This document shows, piece after piece, positions 48,453 to 56,844 of a stretch of 64,000 nucleotides of DNA. The stretch comes from a virus. Each line of letters begins with the position of its first letter. Within the stretch, counting starts at the first letter, position 1. Below the pieces are notes generated by a model. It saw nothing but the letters and a program-made list of their open reading frames with translations, was not told the origin of the DNA and made no database searches. The DNA is taken from the IMG/VR virus record IMGVR_UViG_3300039098_000071, positions 5,560 through 69,559 of that record. One strand, 5' to 3'. The translations under genes were made by a program, and so were the position numbers.

Positions 48453-48899
48453 TTATTCACTCCTGCCGTCAATCGTTCGGTCCACTCTGTCCATTATGGC
48501 TTCGCATGTGTAGCTATGCATGTCATGCCACATGACACAGTTTTTAGCTACGTCGAACCGTTCCGACAATCCAGCATCTTTGAAAATGTGTATCCGCATG
48601 CAACGTTCGGACCACACCGATCCAGTCGTGAACAGTGCTCGCATCCCAATCACTCTGAAATACTGATTGGCGGCGCAGATCTCGTCGCCCTCAAGCGGGT
48701 ATGGCTGACCGACTCCGACGTACTCATTGTCTAATAGCTTTCCATACACGATGTGGTCGCTTGTCATGTACGGTGCGCACTCGCACAGGAAACGGAAGCC
48801 CAATGGCACCGTGTTTGTGGGCACGTAAGTTGCACATCGTCCGTTTCCGACTGCAAAACTCTTTCCGAGTATTCCTTCGTTGTTTGTATGTGTTGTCAT
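48453..48899 (-). CDS. hypothetical protein
   Basis: 148 aa with GGAG RBS. Confidence 0.55.
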   Translation of the reverse strand: MTTHTNNEGILGKSFAVGNGRCATYVPTNTVPLGFRFLCECAPYMTSDHIVYGKLLDNEYVGVGQPYPLEGDEICAANQYFRVIGMRALFTTGSVWSERCMRIHIFKDAGLSERFDVAKNCVMWHDMHSYTCEAIMDRVDRTIDGRSE

Positions 48900-49019
48900 G
48901 TTCAGGTTCTCCTGTAATAATTAGCTGACTGTAATGAAACGTCCAATCCTATCTGAATACTTGTGGTTGTTCTCATGATTCATTCCTTCTTATTTATTAA
49001 TCCCGTCAACTATGTTATG

Positions 49020-49132
49020 GACGGAAAGGACGGAAAGGACGATTATAGCCTATTACCCCTCTATAAATATTTGCCAACCCCACAATAGTAGAATCGTCCA
49101 TACCGTACTTTCCGTCATGTAATGTTGGCAAA
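49020..49132. repeat. iteron-containing inverted repeats just downstream of the D5 helicase; putative second origin
   Basis: 49020-44 (GACGGAAAG x2 + GACGATT) pairs with 49092-116 at 22/25; TTTGCCAAC 49070-78 pairs with GTTGGCAAA 49124-32. Confidence 0.7.
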
Positions 49133-49139
49133 CATTTAA

Positions 49140-50543
49140 TTATATCGTTGGTGATAATATCACCCCGGACCAGCGGCGACTGTAGTTTCCCGCATCTTTG
49201 TCGAATCCTTTATCGTCCACAAATTCATGGTCATTCCGTAAAGACCGGTTTAATTTCTTCTTGGTTTTGGCAGTGAAACCATGTTCTTGACAATACCTAA
49301 GATAAGACTTGTATAACGATTCGAATGATATAAAATTGTCTGGATCATACGTTATTTCAACGCAGTCCATTATAAACGCCGTAACAGAGTCTGAATGTTT
49401 TACATAGAACTCTTTTACTTCATCTATGCTGGTTTTCTTCGAGAAATCCATATTATCATTCAATCGCTGGAGTCCTTCGATCGCCAGGTTTAATATGCCT
49501 GCCAATTCTGATTCCGTGGTCAAAGACTTATAGTAATTCTTGGTGTCGTCCTTGCCAACGAACGTTTTCTTGAAATTGAACATCATAACCCGTCTCCAGA
49601 ACGCTATCGTTTCGTCATGCGTCCGTGGCAGCTCGTTTGCACTAAAAATCAGTTTGGCATGATTTACAAAATTGAAGGGGTTCTGAAACTTTCTTTCTGC
49701 TAGCAAACGATCGCCCCCCGTCAATCCTTTCAACTTACCACTGTATTCCAAGTCTCTGTGACTCAAATCACCTGCTATGTTCGCTAACTTGCCATATAGT
49801 TCTGCCAACGTAAAATTTCTATCAAAATTCTGCAATTCAACCGTTGACACATTGTCGTTGCCGAGAAATGCAGATAACACACTCAAAAGAGTCCCTTTGC
49901 CATTTCCTCCGCTGCCATAAAACATAAACCACCTCTGTATAGAATAGTTTTTAACCAAACAGTAACCAAACAACTCTATTATACTGTCTCGTTCATTCTT
50001 ATCAGAGAGCACAGTTTCAAGGAAATCTTCGAACATTGGGCATTTGGCGGCGGGGTCATATATTACGGGGATCTTCTGCAGAAAATACAGATCTGGTGAA
50101 TGGTCGGTGAATTCAAATGTCGTTGTGTTCAATACGCCATTCTGTAATGCGATTTCGTGTTCGTTGTTGTCAAATATGCTGCGGTCAACATATCTTTTCC
50201 GCTCAACATGTCCCACCACTTCTCCGACTGATCTGGTTGATACACGTCGCCCACCGGTGGATCGTTCGACCATCCCTTTGATATAAGTCTTTGCATCCGG
50301 CACATATATTCCATCAACATATCGGTATATAGTTTCCGTATCAGAGATCGTCAAAAAACGCTGCCCGCTTTTCTCGGTCAACCAAACCGAGAAATTGTTC
50401 GGGACAAACTTCGCTTCCTCGAAAAACTCCGGTAAATGATTGATTGTCACATCGCGACCGGAACCATTAAGTACCTCTCCACCAAAGTTATAAGTGGATT
50501 CTGTTGATTTGGGGGTTGCCGCCCCCGCTGCATTTTTATTCAT
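49140..50543 (-). CDS. D5/P4-family SF3 helicase without a primase domain
   Basis: LQNGVL...HSPD, YDP.AKCP.F, YGSGGNGKGT, LKGLTGGD, KLIFSANELP and AFWRR motifs; C-terminal wHTH. Confidence 0.9.
   Translation of the reverse strand: MNKNAAGAATPKSTESTYNFGGEVLNGSGRDVTINHLPEFFEEAKFVPNNFSVWLTEKSGQRFLTISDTETIYRYVDGIYVPDAKTYIKGMVERSTGGRRVSTRSVGEVVGHVERKRYVDRSIFDNNEHEIALQNGVLNTTTFEFTDHSPDLYFLQKIPVIYDPAAKCPMFEDFLETVLSDKNERDSIIELFGYCLVKNYSIQRWFMFYGSGGNGKGTLLSVLSAFLGNDNVSTVELQNFDRNFTLAELYGKLANIAGDLSHRDLEYSGKLKGLTGGDRLLAERKFQNPFNFVNHAKLIFSANELPRTHDETIAFWRRVMMFNFKKTFVGKDDTKNYYKSLTTESELAGILNLAIEGLQRLNDNMDFSKKTSIDEVKEFYVKHSDSVTAFIMDCVEITYDPDNFISFESLYKSYLRYCQEHGFTAKTKKKLNRSLRNDHEFVDDKGFDKDAGNYSRRWSGVILSPTI
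50495..50540 (+). ncRNA. candidate cis-antisense RNA to the 5' end of the helicase gene
   Basis: Promoter variant GAACCATTAAGTAC at 50461-74, GGGGG/CCCCC hairpin at 50511-26, T-tract at 50533-40. Confidence 0.55.
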
Positions 50544-50546
50544 TAG

Positions 50547-50717
50547 TCACTCCTTTTCAAACATCACCGCACCATCTGGTGTGAGTGACACTCGCATCAC
50601 ATCTCCTGCATGCAGATCAAGCGTACGCATTGCAATGCGGGGCATGTTGATCGTATGCGCATTGGTCGATTGCTGAACTTTCCGAGTCCCGAGTTGTATA
50701 TTCGTGTCGAAAGACAT
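50547..50717 (-). CDS. 56-aa AbrB-like regulator (not in ORF track)
   Basis: LGTRKVQQ....HTINMP......LDLHAGD.M.V.L..DG; TTTATATA box upstream. Confidence 0.75.
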   Translation of the reverse strand: MSFDTNIQLGTRKVQQSTNAHTINMPRIAMRTLDLHAGDVMRVSLTPDGAVMFEKE

Positions 50718-50847
50718 GTAATAACATGTGTTCGTTGAGGTATATAAAGGTTTCTGTTAGAGTGAAATGCACCCACCAAAACCAACCCATCCAGTCATAT
50801 CTTTGGTGCGCAACCGGAACCCTTAAGTACGTTCACGCCAACTATGT

Positions 50848-50905
50848 ATGTGGTTTCTCTTGTTTTCCCCCAGGGGGTTTGCCACCCCCGTCCCCTTCTT
50901 CTTCA
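50848..50905 (+). ncRNA. candidate anti-SD small RNA
   Basis: Follows GAACCCTTAAGTAC (50817-30); pyrimidine-rich 5' end, GGGGG/CCCCC hairpin, pyrimidine tail. Confidence 0.5.
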
Positions 50906-51189
50906 GCATTTCAGAATCACAGAGTATTCTAACAATACTCGCAAGTACACTACAGAACAAAGAAGATAGGACCGGACCGTCCGTTCCAGCACCAAAACAC
51001 CTATCACATATCACAGCAAAACATGAAACCCATGACACGCAACAAAAAAGACGGCTCTCAGTCGGGACGCAAGGATGGCGGACGGGGCAGAAACCAGACG
51101 GACAAATGCCGCCACCCGGCAAAAAAGAAATAGCGAGGCATGTAGCAGATCAGAAACCTTTAAGTGGTGTCAGTGACATAGATAACATC

Positions 51190-51366
51190 ATGGCAGAAGA
51201 CACACGAGAGCCAATCGTGCGCATGACGTTGCGCATACCAGAATCACTCATCAACGAATTCGAGAGCATCACCACGCACGAAGATGCCAGGTCGATGAAT
51301 GTGGCGGTGTGCAACTCGATAAGAGAAACCATTGCACGACACCACAAATGCGAAGGAGATGAATGA
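51190..51366 (+). CDS. Arc/RHH DNA-binding protein
   Basis: VRMTLRIPESL...........RSMN..V...IRE; TTTAAG box about 25 nt upstream. Confidence 0.8.
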   Translation: MAEDTREPIVRMTLRIPESLINEFESITTHEDARSMNVAVCNSIRETIARHHKCEGDE

Positions 51367-51707
51367 TGGAAACAAAAGCAACCGTCCATGCGTGGGTAAA
51401 TAACCAGAACCCCGACCGGATCGTCATCAACGGAATATGGGGCAACGTGACCACAAGAGACATATCACAGATCGAAGATGATCTATCAGATGCAAAGTTG
51501 TCGATCCCACGAATCGACTCGAAATCAGTCGTTGGCATACGTTGCGTATTGGCACGCAAGCAATCATACAGCGTTGTGAACACATGGACGTGTGCAGTCG
51601 AGGGATATGTCATCTATGACCATCTGACGACAGAAACAACGATTGTGTCGTGTGATGAGTTCGAGAAGAGATATAATGTCTGCTATCGGTTCGGCGAGGA
51701 AACATGA
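51363..51707 (+). CDS. hypothetical protein, paralog of the N-domain of 45142..45894
   Basis: V..W....PD.I.I.G..G.V...DI..I. Confidence 0.6.
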   Translation: MMETKATVHAWVNNQNPDRIVINGIWGNVTTRDISQIEDDLSDAKLSIPRIDSKSVVGIRCVLARKQSYSVVNTWTCAVEGYVIYDHLTTETTIVSCDEFEKRYNVCYRFGEET

Positions 51708-51861
51708 AAACAGAACGGGCACAGCAGATCCAGAGTATCACCGCTCGCCTTGAGATGGCAGCCGACAGAGAGATCGGCGAGTCCAACAACGAATGGTATC
51801 GCCTGATGAATCGTATCTCATCATCAATCGACATTTATCTAATCGAACAGGAGTTGAAGCT

Positions 51862-52227
51862 ATGAAAGCAGACACGTATGAATACAAACCAATCGATATA
51901 CCCATCGAAGAGATGAGTTACAACCAGTACCTTGAGCTCACCCTCGCATGGTTGGAAGACACAAACGACGGCGAGCTGCTGGACCTGGTGAGCCCGCTTG
52001 AGTGCCCGATCCACAAGTGGATAAAAGAGACAAATCGGATATGCAGTGGTGACACGATCCCGAACACTGCTAAATGTCCAGTTTGCGGCTACTACGAATG
52101 TCCAGACTGCCACAGCCACAAAGTCGATGTGTTATCGAGAGTAACTGGGTACTTACAGGTTGTATCGGGCTGGAACAGCGCGAAGACACAGGAATTTGAA
52201 GACAGAACGCGATACGACGTGTCTTAA
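51862..52227 (+). CDS. stand-alone NrdD C-terminal zinc-ribbon/glycyl-radical domain protein
   Basis: CPVCG...CPDC.S..VDVLSRVTGYL..VSGWN.AK..EF.DR.RY in only 121 aa. Confidence 0.85.
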   Translation: MKADTYEYKPIDIPIEEMSYNQYLELTLAWLEDTNDGELLDLVSPLECPIHKWIKETNRICSGDTIPNTAKCPVCGYYECPDCHSHKVDVLSRVTGYLQVVSGWNSAKTQEFEDRTRYDVS

Positions 52228-52262
52228 GAAAACCATCGCCAAAGATTCAATAGAAATACGAA

Positions 52263-52293
52263 CCCCGCCCGGATAAGCGGGGCATTCTTTTTT
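52263..52293 (+). terminator. hairpin plus T-tract between convergent genes
   Basis: CCCCGC-CCGGATAA-GCGGGG followed by CATTCTTTTTT. Confidence 0.7.
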
Positions 52294-53690
52294 CAGTTCA
52301 GCCAGATCAATCGGTCCACATTTCCATCTGATACAACAAGCGAAACCAGATCATCGATGTTGATGACTTCCGTGGTGCCCATGCGATTCAGCGTGAGCGT
52401 GAGTCCATCGTCTGGCACATCCCGATACACCGCAAACTCGGACAACGAAGTGTATATCCGTGGTCCATGCATGTCTATGATCTTGAAGTACTGCCCCATC
52501 GCGACACATGGAAGCTTAACAAGCTCTCCGGATTCGGTGATGGTTGCATCGTCTACGACTGTGGTCCAGTCATGCCCGTCCGTAGACACCTGTACGTCGA
52601 ACGTCATCGGGACGTCGAGTTTGAACATGGCTACTCTGATCGCTGAGGATTGTACCACATCACCCATATCAAATGTTAAGGTGGGGTCGAGGTCATCGAT
52701 CTTTGAAAACCAATGCGTCTCTACGTCGCCGTCTATGGTGTTCTCAACTGGATACTTTGTGCGATATACAGTCGATGCCACGACCGAGTCAGGCGTGACC
52801 CATTCGCTTGGGGTATCGCCATGATCAACGATTCCCGTAACGGCATACGCATAATTATACTTCTCGATCACGCCGTACCTGACCCTTGCGTATCCATTCT
52901 CGCCCCAGTTCTCGCCCCAACAATTCTTGATGAACCAACAGCCATCTGAATCGTTCCAACCGACCACAACAACGGCGTGGTTCGCCCAACCGAGATTGCC
53001 AACAAACGCTGGTTCATATACTCCGGATCGATAATAATACCAGTCTTCCGGAACAGAGATCACGACCGAGATCGGACCATGTTCTTGGATTGCATACTTA
53101 AATGAGTCCGTGGTCGGCGCAACATAAACACACTCTTCTATCTGCCACGCGATACTCTCCCAGTTTTCGCACGTCTCGCAGTCTCTCGTATTCTTTGCAA
53201 TGTATGGATAGCATGCCTCATTCGGGATCCCGATGTCTCGCGCATACTTCAGTACTTCATCCGGCCATCCACCGCCACACGATCCAGTGTTTGTACATGA
53301 TATCAGATGTTGTTCCGAAAGGTCAACGGTTTTGCCCGTCTCGATGAGTATCTTCGACTCGATCGCGCCGGTTGCACCGAATGCCCAGCAACTCCCGCAT
53401 GATCCTTGGTGTTTCACCGGAGTCGTCCCGTTGTTTTCTCTCCAGTCAAACGCTGGTGGATACATCGGCATTGGTGGCGCGTATATAACACGATCATCTT
53501 CATCAGGGACCGATGCAACAGCACCACCGAGTGCAGCCTTTTCATTGTCGCACAATCCCGACACTGACGTCGTGCCGCTCTCCCATACCGGGGCTTCTCC
53601 TGCGATTGCAGTGAGCGCCCGGGTTTCATCTGTTGCTGCTGCGTTCGCGCAAAACAGCAACAGAAGTATCAGTATTATGAATTGCTTCAT
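52293..53690 (-). CDS. secreted papain-like (C1A) cysteine peptidase with discoidin/F5-8 type C domain
   Basis: Signal peptide; FDWR, QGSCGSCWAF, LSEQHL, NHAV, KNCWG..WGENGY; IDGD..T.W...VSTDG.DW. Confidence 0.9.
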   Translation of the reverse strand: MKQFIILILLLLFCANAAATDETRALTAIAGEAPVWESGTTSVSGLCDNEKAALGGAVASVPDEDDRVIYAPPMPMYPPAFDWRENNGTTPVKHQGSCGSCWAFGATGAIESKILIETGKTVDLSEQHLISCTNTGSCGGGWPDEVLKYARDIGIPNEACYPYIAKNTRDCETCENWESIAWQIEECVYVAPTTDSFKYAIQEHGPISVVISVPEDWYYYRSGVYEPAFVGNLGWANHAVVVVGWNDSDGCWFIKNCWGENWGENGYARVRYGVIEKYNYAYAVTGIVDHGDTPSEWVTPDSVVASTVYRTKYPVENTIDGDVETHWFSKIDDLDPTLTFDMGDVVQSSAIRVAMFKLDVPMTFDVQVSTDGHDWTTVVDDATITESGELVKLPCVAMGQYFKIIDMHGPRIYTSLSEFAVYRDVPDDGLTLTLNRMGTTEVINIDDLVSLVVSDGNVDRLIWLN

Positions 53691-53768
53691 GCGCAGTATC
53701 TACGACTGCGCGGTATAAAAACGGTTTGTTAAAATGAACTTGTTTATACTTTGCTGGCAATGTGTTAT

Positions 53769-54392
53769 CTACGTGGGGTCCACACATCGATTAATTGTTA
53801 GCACAACGTCGAGTATGTCGATCACATCATCATAATTCATGTCCGCACGGTCACCATCGATTGATACGTTGTCTGGATCGGAGACATGATTCAGTAGCTG
53901 GATTGCATCGCGCACATCAACTATTCGATCTCTGTTTACATCGCCCATGAGCGGAGTGATCGTGACCGATCCGTGGATATAATCACTGTGCATCAGGATA
54001 TCATACTCATCTCTTAAGATTGTGTTCATTACGTGTAACAGCGTTGTTTCACCGCACTCGCCGATTGCCGTAATTCGAACACTGCCAAAAAATCGATCGC
54101 CTGTCAATGTCATGTCATCAGAACCCGTGTACATCCCAACAAATCCACCACTGTCTTTGATTGCTGTCACCACAAACCCATAATCGCCGCATTCCCCGGC
54201 AGTCATCTCGATAACAGAATCGTTATATTGAATGCATACATGTCCATGATGAAACGTCGTGTCTGTTACATGTATTTCAACAAGCGTAGTACACCCTTCT
54301 TGCAATTCTATATCATCTATTGATATCGTGTTTTCTGCTGCTGCGCTCGACGCAAAAAGCAGCAATACCAAAAATGTTATGATGTGTTTCAT
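53769..54392 (-). CDS. secreted cohesin plus dockerin protein
   Basis: Signal peptide; IQYNDSVIE...VRITAIG..G cohesin-like part; GDVNRDRIVDVRDA and ADMNYDDVIDILDV duplicated Ca-binding loops. Confidence 0.8.
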   Translation of the reverse strand: MKHIITFLVLLLFASSAAAENTISIDDIELQEGCTTLVEIHVTDTTFHHGHVCIQYNDSVIEMTAGECGDYGFVVTAIKDSGGFVGMYTGSDDMTLTGDRFFGSVRITAIGECGETTLLHVMNTILRDEYDILMHSDYIHGSVTITPLMGDVNRDRIVDVRDAIQLLNHVSDPDNVSIDGDRADMNYDDVIDILDVVLTINRCVDPT

Positions 54393-54438
54393 GGTATTAA
54401 AATTAAAAGGTGGCGCCAATTGCGGCGCCAATTGTATT

Positions 54439-55365
54439 CTACTCACCCGTGTTCCCGGTAGCAATGTTCAAGATGTGTATTGCATCGCGAACATTTAACA
54501 CTCCATCTGCCACGACATCAGCGACATCAAGATTTATCGCTGTGTTGTCTGGATCAACAATGTACGTGATCACCATCAGGGCATCAAGAGAATCTACCGT
54601 GCCGTCGCCGTTCACATCACCCATGACAATTACTGCCACCGGAATCGTTATCTGTGTGGTGGCGCCATCGTCATCTGTAACAGTCGCTACAATGTCGTAA
54701 GTACCCGGCAGAACATTTGCTGGCATCTGGAACTCGTATTCATAACGGTCACCTGATACATAGTTATATTCCACGATTCCGAGACCTATCGGAGTTAAAT
54801 CAAACGTGACGATTGCAATCGTACCGTCGGGGTCCGAAGCAGTGACACCGATTCTGCCACTTCCACCCGGTGCAAAGTCCGTGGCGTGAATATCTGTTAT
54901 CACAGGATCCAAATTATCAGATATGATCTCGACAGACCCAGCATTGACAGCCGATACAATTTCGATTGCATTTGGGTCGCTCAAACATATCGCGTCCATC
55001 GACAACGGCGACACATCACCAATGCTCCCGACGGCAGTCACCTGCAAAGTACACATTGTTAGATCGCCAGTCTTGCCACCACCAAGTGACAGTATAACGA
55101 TTCGGACAGACGTTGCAGATGCTTCTAGATTATACTTTGTCCAATCAAGATCACCATTGAGAACACCGGTAATCTCAATCACAGTTGGATCATACGTAAT
55201 GTCTACCTGCCCGGCGGCAACATCCGTGGCGTTGCAGACCACAACCGGGATGCCCGCCGATGCACCAGGACATAGTTGTACGTCATCTATTGTCATGACG
55301 TTGTCCTCTGCGGCGACAGCAGTCGCGCACAAGAGGAGTACCAATATAGCTACAATTGATTTCAT
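54439..55365 (-). CDS. secreted cohesin + Ig-like + dockerin protein
   Basis: ITYDPTVIEI...LQVTAVG..G..SPL; ASDPDG...ATVTDDDG; GDVNGDGTVDSLDA and ADVVADGVLNVRDA. Confidence 0.85.
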   Translation of the reverse strand: MKSIVAILVLLLCATAVAAEDNVMTIDDVQLCPGASAGIPVVVCNATDVAAGQVDITYDPTVIEITGVLNGDLDWTKYNLEASATSVRIVILSLGGGKTGDLTMCTLQVTAVGSIGDVSPLSMDAICLSDPNAIEIVSAVNAGSVEIISDNLDPVITDIHATDFAPGGSGRIGVTASDPDGTIAIVTFDLTPIGLGIVEYNYVSGDRYEYEFQMPANVLPGTYDIVATVTDDDGATTQITIPVAVIVMGDVNGDGTVDSLDALMVITYIVDPDNTAINLDVADVVADGVLNVRDAIHILNIATGNTGE

Positions 55366-55442
55366 CAGTCATGTCTGCGATTGGGTACTATAAAAAAGTT
55401 ATTCAAATTACCAAATGCAGAACCGGGTTTGGCATTTTGCTA

Positions 55443-56147
55443 TCATGGCTTGTACTTCGTACTCACTACCTCGGTAATCGTTTTAGCTGTCTTCGGACCG
55501 ATATTTGGCACCGATACGAGTTCGCTCACGGTCGCAGACATGATCGCTCGCGGCGTATGAAAATGATTAAGCAGTCTTGTCGCTGTATCTACTCCTACCC
55601 CCATGATAGAAGTGATAAGATAGATTTGTTTTTCATCCAAAGATAGGTGAGAGCGTTTCCCGTGGGGGGATGGTTTGCCTGTGTGGTTATCTAATTGCGC
55701 TTTCTTTGCTGCTATAACTAGCATCTCCGCCGTATCATGTGTGCTCATTGTCCAGATGATCGGCACGCGAAATCCATTTGCGATGGCATATAATTTCCCA
55801 CGAATTGAATTTGGATGTATGCCAGGGCGCAGCGTATACAGTTCCATCAGTTCCTGCCCCTCGATTATGAGAGCGGGGCGCCGATACTCGCGTGCCAGAT
55901 CTGCGACCTGCCGCATGAGATACCCCTTTTCATGCTGTTCGTTTTCGTCAAACGCGCTGTGCAAGAAATCCGGAAACGTCTTGCGCTCAAACGCAATTTC
56001 TGGCGAAACGACATAATCACCAACCTCGAGCGTTTCAACACGGGGTATGACTGAATAGTCGTTTGTAGAACATGCCTCGAGTTCATCTATGATCTCGGAT
56101 GGCTCTCTCGAATCAACGACCACCTCGACCTCTTGCGATGGTTTCAT
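55443..56147 (-). CDS. ERCC4/XPF (Hef nuclease-like) structure-specific endonuclease with HhH2
   Basis: VVVDSRE, L.VGDY, ERKT..DF and LIIEG motifs; C-terminal GVG and NIGPKTA hairpins. Confidence 0.92.
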   Translation of the reverse strand: MKPSQEVEVVVDSREPSEIIDELEACSTNDYSVIPRVETLEVGDYVVSPEIAFERKTFPDFLHSAFDENEQHEKGYLMRQVADLAREYRRPALIIEGQELMELYTLRPGIHPNSIRGKLYAIANGFRVPIIWTMSTHDTAEMLVIAAKKAQLDNHTGKPSPHGKRSHLSLDEKQIYLITSIMGVGVDTATRLLNHFHTPRAIMSATVSELVSVPNIGPKTAKTITEVVSTKYKP

Positions 56148-56716
56148 CTGTCCACCATCGACATAATCAGATCTGCCATGCGGCTTGCAGGTGGTGGGGT
56201 TTTATATGTGTAATCAACATACATATTGCTGGAATAACCAAACCGATATTCGATTTCATTTGCGAATCCCACAATGTCCACAGCAGTATCTTTGCCACCG
56301 TCACGTCCAAGTAGCCATTCTATGTTGAGCTCCAGTCTGATCACTTGATCGTACGTGCTCATCCAGTTCATAGCGATTTGATGCATCACACGCATCGTTT
56401 TCATGTGCACATCAAATGGTGAGTCTTCGTGATCAACGAATCGCCGCATGTACATCATGTTGTCAAGGAGGGTCCGGTCGCACAAAATGACCTGTGCGCC
56501 AGTATCCATTGCGATGAGTTCCCGCCGCAACTGTTCCGTAAAGATCCAGGTCTGCGCATCAAATGTTGTTTCCATTCCTGTCTGGAATGGACATTCTCGT
56601 GCGACTTCGTTAACACACACACACGTTATGTCACGCTCGGTTAGCTCTTTTTCGATCTTTAATAAAAGCGTTGTCTTTCCGCTGCCGTGCACCCCAGTTA
56701 ATGCGAATTTGATCAT
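56144..56716 (-). CDS. P-loop kinase (AAA_28/NadR-like)
   Basis: ALTGVHGSGKTT, EVAR and ILCDRTLLD..MY motifs. Confidence 0.8.
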   Translation of the reverse strand: MIKFALTGVHGSGKTTLLLKIEKELTERDITCVCVNEVARECPFQTGMETTFDAQTWIFTEQLRRELIAMDTGAQVILCDRTLLDNMMYMRRFVDHEDSPFDVHMKTMRVMHQIAMNWMSTYDQVIRLELNIEWLLGRDGGKDTAVDIVGFANEIEYRFGYSSNMYVDYTYKTPPPASRMADLIMSMVDR

Positions 56717-56740
56717 GTGGTTTCTCCTGCAGAATTGTGT

Positions 56741-56824
56741 TCAGCCAGCGCGCCGGGTATGGATCCCGTTCACAAACATGGTGTTGTTTATACGGTCACG
56801 CTGACTGAGTCGGCGTTAGCCGAC
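56741..56824 (-). ncRNA. structured leader or ncRNA
   Basis: Starts 22 nt after the conserved promoter; GUCGGC-UAAC-GCCGAC, then a 12-bp stem UCAGUCAGCGUG/CGCGCUGGCUGA enclosing two hairpins. Confidence 0.6.
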
Positions 56825-56844
56825 AATATATATTGGATGTGCAG

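Noticed and set aside
50848-51189. N-terminal part of the 172-aa ORF 50848..51366
   Set aside because: The Arc-like domain has its own TATA box and ATG at 51190; the upstream part looks non-coding apart from a possible 33-aa basic peptide
51793-52227. Complete or pseudogenised nrdD
   Set aside because: No catalytic-barrel remnants upstream; the ORF has its own RBS and a clean start, so it is treated as a stand-alone domain
54412-54434. GGCGCCAATTG tandem duplication
   Set aside because: Two 11-bp copies forming a probable intergenic hairpin or terminator; too short to support more
56741-56824. Canonical tRNA gene
   Set aside because: No 7-bp acceptor/D/anticodon/T cloverleaf and no GTTCRA motif; kept only as a structured RNA candidate
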